Origin: a bacterium
GTDB taxonomy: Bacteria > SM23-31
Assembly: GCA_965249485.1 (NCBI GenBank)
Contig: OZ252239.1
Coordinates: forward strand, 1,632,001 to 1,696,000
Length of the DNA: 64,000 nt
Direction of reading: 5' to 3'
The position numbers were made by a program, and so were the translations under genes. Below the pieces are notes generated by a model, which saw only the letters and a list, made by a program, of their open reading frames with translations, was not told the origin of the DNA and did not search any database. Positions 45,243 to 53,463 of the stretch are shown piece after piece (position 1 is the first letter of the stretch; the number at the start of each line of letters is the position of its first letter).

Positions 45243-46374
45243 ACCTTATTATTTGATTTCCAAATCTTTCTCGTATATCATCTATGCAATATGACAATGC
45301 TTCTCTTTTCTCTCTGCCAGCCAGCTTGAAAACATTCATCTGATGATTGACTTTCACTATATTCGAAGCCGTTATTTTAAGCCAACTGATTCTTGTTCTT
45401 TTCTCCAGTTTTTTAAAAATGTTGAAAAGTTTTTCAAAGATAGAAATATTGTCCACTGCCAGGTTCACCCGTGTCCGTACTTCTTTTTTAACACCATCTG
45501 AATAATGAATAGTTAACGTTAATTCCCTGGCGCCATAGCAGTTGTTTCGTAATCGTTCTCCAACTTTTTCAGTGATCTCCTTAAGAAAATGAGCAACTTC
45601 GTCTAAACGATTCGTGTCCTCCGGCAACGTCATATCTTCTGAAACTTGTAACGTGGCTTCTTTTGGAATTACAGGCGTGTTGTCAATGCCTTGTGCCTGA
45701 TCATATAAAAGGAGTCCATGCTTCCCAAATACTCTTGTTAGGTTTGCCAGTGGTATCGTGGTTATCTGGCCAATGACATTTATATTCAATAACGCTATCA
45801 ACTGCTGCCCGATATCTTGATTAACCGGAAGGTGGTTCACTTTAATCGGGGCAAGAAATCCGGCTTCAGTTCCGCGAGGAATATACAGTATCTCTTTCGC
45901 ATCGATTACATGAGCGGCAATCCTTGCAACAAGCTTGTTTGCAGCAAGACCTAATGCGCCCTTTAGTGACAATTCCCGCTTAATTTCTTTTTGGATTCTC
46001 GCTATTAGATCTTCACCATTCCCGAATAATCTCTTTGTGCCTGAAATATCTAAATAAAGGTGTCCGGGGCTTGACAGTTCTATTGCCGGAGAATAGTTCG
46101 AAGCGAGTTTTGTTATCGATGTTAAAGCTGCCTGGTAGAGTTGAGGCTCCGGCTGTAAAATGCTAAGAGTTCGGCAATATCGCAGAGCCTGTGATAAATA
46201 CATTCCGGTCTTAACACCTTCTTTCCTTGCCTCAATTGATGAACACGTAATAACTGCCCGTGAAGAATTACCGGAAGCAACGATTACGGGCTTTTCCCGT
46301 AATCCGGAATCAACAACCCGTGCTGTTTCGATGGGAAAATCTGGGATGTTAATGTGTGCTATATCTCTTGTCAT
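45235..46374 (-). CDS. imuB: Catalytically inactive Y-family polymerase (ImuB/ImuY)
   Basis: Y-family fold; catalytic acidic residues replaced (HINIPDF for HxDMDAF, SPGHLYLD for SIDEAYLD); C-terminal DxIRERFG. Confidence 0.82.
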   Translation of the reverse strand: MTRDIAHINIPDFPIETARVVDSGLREKPVIVASGNSSRAVITCSSIEARKEGVKTGMYLSQALRYCRTLSILQPEPQLYQAALTSITKLASNYSPAIELSSPGHLYLDISGTKRLFGNGEDLIARIQKEIKRELSLKGALGLAANKLVARIAAHVIDAKEILYIPRGTEAGFLAPIKVNHLPVNQDIGQQLIALLNINVIGQITTIPLANLTRVFGKHGLLLYDQAQGIDNTPVIPKEATLQVSEDMTLPEDTNRLDEVAHFLKEITEKVGERLRNNCYGARELTLTIHYSDGVKKEVRTRVNLAVDNISIFEKLFNIFKKLEKRTRISWLKITASNIVKVNHQMNVFKLAGREKREALSYCIDDIRERFGNQIIRCA

Positions 46375-46383
46375 GGAATGAAA

Positions 46384-46405
46384 ATAGTGAACATTAGTTC
46401 ACTAT
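46384..46405. promoter_or_regulatory. SOS box (GAAC-N4-GTTC) inside the imuB promoter
   Basis: Palindrome ATAGTGAAC-ATTA-GTTCACTAT between TTGCAT (46404-46409) and TATTTT (46381-46386), 17-nt spacer. Confidence 0.8.
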
Positions 46406-46516
46406 GCAAGAAGTTTTTTCAGAGATGTGTAAAATGATTATATGAAACGGTTGTGTGACGTGTTTACAACCTGAACATGGGGTGGGAGATAAAGCCCCGG
46501 AACACCAGTTGTCCAT

Positions 46517-47281
46517 CTATGATTTTACACAGACGAAAACAGGGAATGGACTTTTCTTAGAGTATTTCTTTCCTGAAAAATTACCGCTGTATAGGTACGT
46601 TTTCAATCCAAATTCAGATAAAATAGATTTAATCTTACTTAATTCGAAGCAACCCATATCGAGTTTGTCTATTTTGACTTCGATGTCTTCTCCTTTTCTG
46701 GCAATTAAGAATACTAAACACATCTCAAAAACAGTGTCGGTTGGATCTTTGTCATAATCTAATTGTGAAAATACAACGTATGTATTGTCTTTATAGTGCT
46801 CTTCAGAACCGATATTTCCATAACCGTTTTTGAAGTTCTCTTTCAATTTATCCAGATGAAATATGAGAACACCATCATCTTTTACGTGTGAGACCAAGCA
46901 CTTGATTGTTGATTTCAAATTTTTACAACTTAGGTTATGATTCATTGAATCAAAGCTCATTACGATGTCGAATTTTTTATTAAGCTTAAAATTTTTCATG
47001 TCTCCTTGTTTATACGATATCTCAGGATTTTTCTTCTTTGCCAGTTTCATGATATCCTTGTTATAATCGATTCCGGTTATTGTATAATTCTTTTTTAAGA
47101 ATTTGTCATGCCAACCGTGACCTGATGCAACATTGAGTAGATCATTGCCTGATGACTTCTTGTATTGGTTCACTATCTGCACTATAAAATCTGCCTCCTT
47201 TTTATGCTCTTCTCCCGTAGTTATAAACTCATAACACCAGACTAAATCTGTATAGAGGCGCCCATTTTTGTATTTCATCAC
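46517..47281 (-). CDS. Class I SAM-dependent methyltransferase
   Basis: LLNVASGHG motif I, GID, GDM, FDIV..FDS, DGVLIF. Confidence 0.87.
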   Translation of the reverse strand: MMKYKNGRLYTDLVWCYEFITTGEEHKKEADFIVQIVNQYKKSSGNDLLNVASGHGWHDKFLKKNYTITGIDYNKDIMKLAKKKNPEISYKQGDMKNFKLNKKFDIVMSFDSMNHNLSCKNLKSTIKCLVSHVKDDGVLIFHLDKLKENFKNGYGNIGSEEHYKDNTYVVFSQLDYDKDPTDTVFEMCLVFLIARKGEDIEVKIDKLDMGCFELSKIKSILSEFGLKTYLYSGNFSGKKYSKKSPFPVFVCVKS

Positions 47282-47317
47282 TGTACCTTAGTTATACCTG
47301 CTGTCTAATTTTTGTAG

Positions 47318-47422
47318 TACATGCATTCTGTCCCGCTTTTACGTCAGTGTGGAAGTTCAACATGGAAAAACTCATTCCCCACAACGTCAATATTTTAATA
47401 ATACTATTGCAGTAAAGTTTCA
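47318..47422 (-). repeat. Degenerate third copy of the ECF promoter and sRNA 5' part
   Basis: TCTTTGAAACTTT promoter flank; GGAATGAGTTTTTCCATGTTGAACTTC resembles GGAAAGAGCTTTTCCTTGTTTGGCTTC; no terminator. Confidence 0.5.
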
Positions 47423-47491
47423 AAGATTTACTTAAAAAATACCGTTCACAACGACAAATTAAAAGTAAAAAAGTATCTGTTCAGCATCTTG

Positions 47492-47625
47492 AAGAAAAAA
47501 AGGGCAGCGCAAACATCCACTTTTGCACTGCCCTAAAGAAGGGAATTATAATGAAACTACATTACGTCTGCCCCTTGTTTAATTTGAAGCCAAACAAGGA
47601 AAAGCTCTTTCCGTAATCTGTTATA
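47492..47625 (-). ncRNA. Candidate sRNA, copy B
   Basis: 71-bp core 47537-47607 identical to 40794-40864; terminator AGGGCAGTGCAAA..TTTGCGCTGCCCT followed by a T tract; ends approximate. Confidence 0.6.
47551..47616 (+). CDS. Possible 21-aa peptide MKLHYVCPLFNLKPNKEKLFP, antisense to sRNA copy B
   Basis: SD-like site plus ATG; stop position conserved with copy A. Confidence 0.3.
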   Translation: MKLHYVCPLFNLKPNKEKLFP

Positions 47626-47632
47626 TTTTGTA

Positions 47633-47659
47633 TACGATACTGCCGCAAAAAAAGTTTCA
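47633..47659 (-). promoter_or_regulatory. ECF-sigma promoter TGAAAC-N17-CGTA
   Basis: Same position relative to the repeat as in copy A although the spacer has diverged. Confidence 0.6.
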
Positions 47660-47675
47660 AAGATTATTGCAAAAA

Positions 47676-48179
47676 TTATCTCTTTGCGTGAAACAGGTCT
47701 TTGATCGGGGCTAATCCCAGGGCGGTTATTGCCGAACCGATATGACCGACATGATAACTATCGTGCCATGTATAAAATGTTAATGACCCTCTCACCGTTT
47801 TTTCCATCATCGGCATCGCATTGTCTACCTCGTTCCCCGCGTCATCTTCACTCATTTTTTCTAACCTGCCAATGAGCTTATCGGTAATAGTAGCGAAATC
47901 TTCCCTAATCTCCGCTATATCCGGGTAATTCTCCCCGTCAGTACATGGATTGCCCAAACCAAATAGTTCTGACCAGTTGAATGTGTCATCCAGCCCCGCA
48001 ATTTTTGCCATAGTATACCGGCTGTCTATTATATGTCCTATTTCAAAGATAAATGAGTTGGGCCTTCCGCCAATAACACGTTTTAATGCTGTTTCATTAT
48101 CGATACTTTCAAAACTAAGATTAATATTTGCACTATTGAACTTCAAAATATCGATTAACGGTTTCAATGTTGCTGACAT
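47676..48179 (-). CDS. DinB/YfiT-like four-helix protein
   Basis: NS..IGHI and WHDSYHVGHI histidine motifs. Confidence 0.85.
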   Translation of the reverse strand: MSATLKPLIDILKFNSANINLSFESIDNETALKRVIGGRPNSFIFEIGHIIDSRYTMAKIAGLDDTFNWSELFGLGNPCTDGENYPDIAEIREDFATITDKLIGRLEKMSEDDAGNEVDNAMPMMEKTVRGSLTFYTWHDSYHVGHIGSAITALGLAPIKDLFHAKR

Positions 48180-48205
48180 GTTTTTCTCCTTTGTACGTTT
48201 AATTT

Positions 48206-48652
48206 TTAATTTGATGATCCAATATTGTGGATTATTTCATCCCACCCCTTAAAATTCCTGTCCCTGAGTTCTTCAGATGGAAAATTATCATGTGTCATAA
48301 TCATTTCGGTTTTGTCGTTTCCCGATTCTTTGAGAATAATGGTAACAACGGTATTGGCATCCTGCAGCCACGGCGCATTCCAGGTAAAGACAAGTCTGTC
48401 CGGTCGTTCAATTTCAATGTATTCACCGGTGATGGGGAAGGTGTCCGTCTTTGTACGTATGGTATACCTGAAATAGCCGCCCTTTTTCAAATCGACAACA
48501 ACATCCTCGACTCACTTAGTATCCTTGTTTCTCATCCATTGTGCCATTATCGCAGGATCTGTCCATGCTGCAAAGACGTCCTCTTTTGTACCCCGTATTA
48601 TTTTCCTGAATTCAAGCTTGTGCAGCTTTTTAGTTTTTTCAGCAGTGTTCAT
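48206..48652 (-). CDS. SRPBCC/AHSA1 protein with in-frame TGA at 48512-48514
   Basis: The ATG overlaps the arsR stop (ATGA); VFAAWTDP..W..K*VEDVVVDLKKGG..GEYIEIERPDRLVFTW..GW reads in one frame. Confidence 0.8.
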
Positions 48653-49017
48653 TTTTTTCTCTTCTTTTTAGTTTTAGATTGCTCTTTAAAATAGTTCTCA
48701 AGACCGTCTAATTCCATTTTCCAGAAAACTTCATAGTTAGTTAACCAGTCCATGGCTTCTTTAATAGCTTTACCCCTGATCGAACATATCCTGAAGTTCC
48801 CCTCTTTTTTCTGGGATAAGAGGCCTGCCCATTCCAATACCTTAAGATGCTTTGAAACAGCAGGTAATGAAATATCAAATGGTTTGGCAATTTCATTTAC
48901 CGAAAGCGGACCGGTAGAGAGTAGTGTTATTATGTTGCGCCTGATGGGATCACCCAAGGCAGAGAAAATGTTATCGAGTTTTTTATCAATTACCACGTCC
49001 ATAACGGCCTCAGTCAT
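48649..49017 (-). CDS. ArsR/SmtB family transcriptional regulator
   Basis: FSALGDPIRR.I..L, SLPAVSKHLKVL..AGL. Confidence 0.92.
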   Translation of the reverse strand: MTEAVMDVVIDKKLDNIFSALGDPIRRNIITLLSTGPLSVNEIAKPFDISLPAVSKHLKVLEWAGLLSQKKEGNFRICSIRGKAIKEAMDWLTNYEVFWKMELDGLENYFKEQSKTKKKRKK

Positions 49018-49021
49018 TTAA

Positions 49022-49045
49022 CTATTTAACAAAATAGTTAAATAG
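49022..49045. promoter_or_regulatory. ArsR operator palindrome overlapping its promoter
   Basis: CTATTTAAC-AAAATA-GTTAAATAG; minus-strand TTGACA (49054-49059)-N17-TATTTT. Confidence 0.75.
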
Positions 49046-49267
49046 ATTGTCTATGTCAATACTTTTTTTTAGTATTTCATTGAGGTTTTCTAATCAGGGC
49101 TGCGTTTGATGATTTTATGAAGCGGATTGAGATAAATCACGTCTATTTGCTAATCCATAGTGTTTGTTCCAGTAAATATTTTGAGTCTTTTTGGATGGTA
49201 CAACGTCTCTCTCTATGAATGCCAAAAACATGGCATCACATAACACTAAATCATAAGGAGATATAGT

Positions 49268-49897
49268 ATGATTACTAAAACTCAGCATGCGTCTAATTCC
49301 GCACCATCATCAAGAACTGCGGTAGACATAGAGTTGTTGGCTCTTGATTTTAGCACCTGTACCCGTTGTGTAGGTACACTTGCAAACATAGAAAAAGCCA
49401 TCGACAAGGTACGGGAAGTACTTGACGTGACAGCACGCGACATGCGTATACATAAAATTCTGATTGAGTCGGAAGAACAAGCCCGACAGCACAATTTTGT
49501 TACATCCCCTACAATTCGGATAAACGGACGTGACATTGTATTCGATACATTGGAGAGCCAGTGCGACTCCTGCACGGACCTGTGTGGATGTGATGAGGGA
49601 ACAAACTGCCGTGTCTGGCGTTATCAAGGTCAGGAATACACCGAAGCCCCGGTAGGACTTATTGTCGAAGCGCTATTGCGTGAGATCAGCATAGGTGCAC
49701 CTGAAGTCGCTCCCGATTCAGCACACTACACTGGAGTTCCCAGGAACCTGCAGAACTTTTTCAAGAGCAAATCCACAAAGGATTCTGTGAATGATACGTC
49801 ATGTTGTTCACCTGAGGAGCAGGATACGTGCTGCGAACAATCAGAAAAAGAGACGTGCTGCGGGACAGAAATCAACGAATCATGCGGTTGTCAGTAA
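49268..49897 (+). CDS. DUF2703-like thioredoxin-fold Cys-rich protein (metalloid-associated)
   Basis: CTRC, SPTIRING, C..C...C, CRVW.Y.G..Y, CC-rich tail; RBS AAGGAG. Confidence 0.75.
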   Translation: MITKTQHASNSAPSSRTAVDIELLALDFSTCTRCVGTLANIEKAIDKVREVLDVTARDMRIHKILIESEEQARQHNFVTSPTIRINGRDIVFDTLESQCDSCTDLCGCDEGTNCRVWRYQGQEYTEAPVGLIVEALLREISIGAPEVAPDSAHYTGVPRNLQNFFKSKSTKDSVNDTSCCSPEEQDTCCEQSEKETCCGTEINESCGCQ

Positions 49898-49991
49898 ACA
49901 GAGGAGAATGTTTGACCATAGTTTTACCATGTCACGTGAGGCATTGCATCCCATCTTACAGGAAAAAGTCAAACGAACACACTTAAGAGAT

Positions 49992-50563
49992 ATGAATAAA
50001 CGTAGAGAACCTGAATTGCAACATAAGCCTCAGAGCTGGATGATGTATCGAAAAAGACTGTATCACTTTGTGCTGAGTCGCGTTGATAATGCATCAATTG
50101 CTGAGGATATCGTCCATGATGCGCTTCTCAAAGCGTATAAACATCGCAACACACTTAAGGATACTAATAAATATCTTCAATGGTTGTACCAGATTACCCG
50201 TAATTCTATTGTTGACTATTATCGTACACACAAACAGATGGATGAATTGTCCAATCAAACTCCAAATTTAGAGGCACATATAAACAGCGATGTCGAAAGG
50301 GAAATTGCACAATGTCTTGTTCCATTGGCACAGCAATAACGCTATCTGAATTTGAAGGCCTGAGGCAGAAAGAAGTCGCCATGACACTTGGGCTTTCCGT
50401 GTCAGGAGCAAAGTCGCGTATTCAGCGGGGACGGAAAATGCTAAAGGAGTTACTACTGGAGTGCTGTCATTTTGAGCTAGATAGCCGAGGCAGGATCATG
50501 GACTATGAGGCGGATACAGATTGCCACGACTGCGGGACTGATAACGGATTAAAAACCTTCTAA
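49992..50563 (+). pseudogene. sigZ: ECF sigma factor SigZ with internal deletion/frameshift near 50335
   Basis: AEDIVH..WLYQITRN.IVDYYR; after CLVPLAQ the usual LPEKYRE segment is missing; region 4 GAKSRIQRGR..CCHFELD lies in another frame. Confidence 0.8.
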
Positions 50564-50827
50564 CCAATGCAATAAATATGTTACTGTGGAGTAGTCGATA
50601 AACTCCCTATTGAAGTCAAACTAAGGAATTAAATGGAACGTCAATGATACTGCACTTTTCGCGTCCTGGAATCTCTCATAATCATCATTAATAATATTAA
50701 TATAATCGGATTTTTCATTTGGATACGTCACGTGGTATTTAGATGGTTTTCATCAATCTGATAGTGAGCATACAGAGGAATTATACTATGCTCATAAACG
50801 ATTGCGATGTACTACATACTATGGACT

Positions 50828-51232
50828 TCACTCTTCTGAAGTCTCGGATTGCTCTTTCATTTTTTCTTTTTTCGACATATACGCATAAAACAGGAGCAAC
50901 ATAAGACCGGGAGATAATAAGAAGAAGCCAGCAATAGCCATCCCTGCTGCCTCGAAGGGATCAGGCATATAGTAATATGCTCCAAGAAACGCTATGCCGA
51001 TTCCAATCAGAAATAAACCAAGTGCCAGATAGCGTGGTAGATTTATGCGAGAAGTACGAGGCTTCCGCATCGATTCAAAATCTAGTTGAACATCGAACTG
51101 CCCTTTTTCAATTAAGGCCATTCGTTCCTTGTGCACAAGTTCATACCGAATAATGCGCGCTTTAATGATAAAATAGGCTACTACAGCACAACAGATAAAA
51201 AAAGTCATAAAACCTACCACTTCAGAATCCAT
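50828..51232 (-). CDS. DUF6249-like membrane protein
   Basis: HKERMALIEKG motif, three TM segments, divergent from an ECF sigma gene. Confidence 0.75.
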   Translation of the reverse strand: MDSEVVGFMTFFICCAVVAYFIIKARIIRYELVHKERMALIEKGQFDVQLDFESMRKPRTSRINLPRYLALGLFLIGIGIAFLGAYYYMPDPFEAAGMAIAGFFLLSPGLMLLLFYAYMSKKEKMKEQSETSEE

Positions 51233-51282
51233 TTGAATCTCTCCATATTTATGTATTATTGGATTTCCTTGCTTTCTATTTG

Positions 51283-51367
51283 TATAGAGTAACGAATTGA
51301 TGGGAAAGTTTCAATTTTAATATAAATTTAGTATTATGTAACAATATTTCCCATTGTCTACTCTATA
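51283..51367. promoter_or_regulatory. Divergent pair of ECF promoters TG(A/T)AAC-N16-TACTCTATA
   Basis: Minus 51283-51313 TGAAAC-N16-TACTCTATA; plus 51337-51367 TGTAAC-N16-TACTCTATA. Confidence 0.75.
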
Positions 51368-51384
51368 AGTTATGGGAGACAATA

Positions 51385-51972
51385 TTGGCGCTGGAGAAAA
51401 AACGAGAGAAATTATTAATACTCAAGTCGCAGAATGGAGATATATCTGCGTTTACACAATTAGTGAGAGAATATGAGCGGCAGATTTTTACGTTTGTCGT
51501 TAGGAATATTCCCGTACGTGAAGATGCCGAAGATTTAACTCAGGAAATTTTTATTAAAGCTTATAAAGGACTAAAAACGTTTCGTGGCGATGCACTGTTT
51601 TCAACCTGGCTTTATACAATAGCAAAAAATACGTGCTATCACTATTCACAAAAGAAACGTTACCAAATGGTCTCGTTAGATTACGCAGAAGACAGAGCGG
51701 ATTCTGTTTCAATACTTTCATCCGAATCAGCTTCTGAAACGATAGAAGCAAAAGAAGATTTTCAGATACTTGTTATAGACTGTTTAAAACGTCTGCCACA
51801 TCAATATAATACTGTGGTGCAGTTGTATTATTATCAGCAGTTCCGGTACCAGGAAATATCTGAAATTCTCCAGATTCCGTTGTCAACTGTCAAAATACAT
51901 TTACACAGAGCTATAAAAATGCTGCGGGAAATGGTAATGAAAAAACTGGAGAGCAGTAGGGGGGAGGAATAA
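51385..51972 (+). CDS. ECF RNA polymerase sigma factor (SigW-like)
   Basis: GDISAF, DAEDLTQEIFIKAY, FSTWLY.IA.N, YQEISEIL.IP.STVK..LHRA. Confidence 0.92.
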   Translation: MALEKKREKLLILKSQNGDISAFTQLVREYERQIFTFVVRNIPVREDAEDLTQEIFIKAYKGLKTFRGDALFSTWLYTIAKNTCYHYSQKKRYQMVSLDYAEDRADSVSILSSESASETIEAKEDFQILVIDCLKRLPHQYNTVVQLYYYQQFRYQEISEILQIPLSTVKIHLHRAIKMLREMVMKKLESSRGEE

Positions 51973-52529
51973 TTACGCGTATACTGTGTGAAAATATACT
52001 GGAAATATACCATAATGTGCTTCGGGAAGAGGCTACCGCGGAAGAGTTCGCATTACTGGAGAAGCACAGAACAGAATGTGAAACCTGCAATTTCACTTTA
52101 GACTGGGACAGAAATATTACTTCAACATTATTGAGCGCTCCTCTTGAAGAACCCCGGAAAAATATTGCCTTAGCCGTAAATAAACAGCTTACAAAGCACA
52201 ATATTTCAGCCATACAGATTTTCAATCGCATATATGCCGCCGTAATCTGTGCCGTAGTGTATGCGCTTATTTATTGGTATGAAATCTGGACAAATGCACT
52301 GCAATATGCGAAGGGATGGACACTCAATTATGCACACTATACAGTAAACAGCGTTAACAAATTCATTAGTCCAGTTTTGGAAATAATTCCAACCAAAGTA
52401 ATCAGCTCATTCTCTCCTGCTTACAATGCGTTGTTCTTTTTGGTTATCCTCGGTGGTATTATATTGTTTATATCTTATTTTTTTATCCCGGAAGAGCCGC
52501 ATTATTCGATTAAACAGCATTCAAGATAA
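51969..52529 (+). CDS. Zinc-binding (ZAS) transmembrane anti-sigma factor
   Basis: C-x25-H-x3-C-x2-C, with the first Cys (51987) upstream of the called GTG; two TM segments; start codon uncertain. Confidence 0.75.
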   Translation: MITRILCENILEIYHNVLREEATAEEFALLEKHRTECETCNFTLDWDRNITSTLLSAPLEEPRKNIALAVNKQLTKHNISAIQIFNRIYAAVICAVVYALIYWYEIWTNALQYAKGWTLNYAHYTVNSVNKFISPVLEIIPTKVISSFSPAYNALFFLVILGGIILFISYFFIPEEPHYSIKQHSR

Positions 52530-52582
52530 TTACTCTCTTTCAACGTCACTGCTGCAGTCCTTCATTTCCCTCTATTACTGAT

Positions 52583-52609
52583 AAACGTGCATTTCTCAAT
52601 TACGTTTCA
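52583..52609 (-). promoter_or_regulatory. ECF-type promoter TGAAAC-N16-CGTTTAT facing the anti-sigma 3' end
   Basis: Same motif as the sRNA promoters. Confidence 0.45.
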
Positions 52610-52659
52610 AACCTTCCAATAACAAGCACAACAATCGATGAATTCTGCGCTTTCAGGAG

Positions 52660-53068
52660 TTATCTCTTGTGCCCGCACTGGTAACAATATCCTTTATGAA
52701 CACAAATAGTGCCGTCACAATTGGGGCAGGCCCATCTCTTTTTTTCATTATCTAAAAAAATGTATCACACCAAATTTTTTAATATTTTCAAGATTCTCAA
52801 TCATGCTCATATTATATTTGGTTCGATATCTTTTATCCAAATGTTTTAGATTTTTGCACGGGTATTCATCACATTCAAAACAAAACGTTATAGTACCGTT
52901 CTGCAAGGTCGAACATGTTTTGATTTTGCATCGCAAAACAGTGACAGGTTTATTGATATCGGATTCTCTGCAACCGGGGCATTTATTCTTTTCTCTCAGG
53001 TAAGCAGAGCAAATACCACAATTCATACCGCATGCAGCGATACGTGCTATTTCATTGAATGATTCCAT
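52660..53068 (-). CDS. DUF3795 Cys-rich protein, frameshift in T-run near 52757
   Basis: AACGMNCGIC..CPGC..CKIKTC..CFEC.EYPC; the shifted frame continues EKKRWACPNC..ICVH.G.C..CG. Confidence 0.8.
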
Positions 53069-53463
53069 TATTTTTTAACGCTACTCCGACGGTAATGCTC
53101 ATTGCGGGGATTGCTAAATATCGTAATCCTATTTTGTGTAAAATAATCCGGAACAGACATCCCGGACATAGGAATTAATACCAACAAATCCAATAGAATG
53201 TTTACACTGAGCCATGTTAATCCGACAATGATTCCTTCTTTACTATAATCCGCATTGATTTTCTTGAAATAAGAAATCAAAAGAAATGCTGCAGAAAAAG
53301 AACCAACGACAATCATAATAGACTTGAATAGAAATACATCAATTGTTAATCCCCCCTCCCGCGTATAAAAAAAGAATGCCGTTACAAAAGGTATAAGCCA
53401 TGCCAGGAAGCCATACAGAACAATCTTAAGATATTTTTTCACCATAAGATTTTCACTTTCCAT
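53068..53463 (-). CDS. Small four-TM membrane protein (3' frameshift near 53133)
   Basis: Hydrophobic helices, LDLLVLIP; the alternative frame gives IGLRYLAIP after an A-run. Confidence 0.65.
   Translation of the reverse strand: MESENLMVKKYLKIVLYGFLAWLIPFVTAFFFYTREGGLTIDVFLFKSIMIVVGSFSAAFLLISYFKKINADYSKEGIIVGLTWLSVNILLDLLVLIPMSGMSVPDYFTQNRITIFSNPRNEHYRRSSVKK

Noticed and set aside
45235..46374. Calling this gene dinB (active Pol IV)
   Set aside because: Catalytic carboxylates are missing and it is coupled to dnaE2, so ImuB-like
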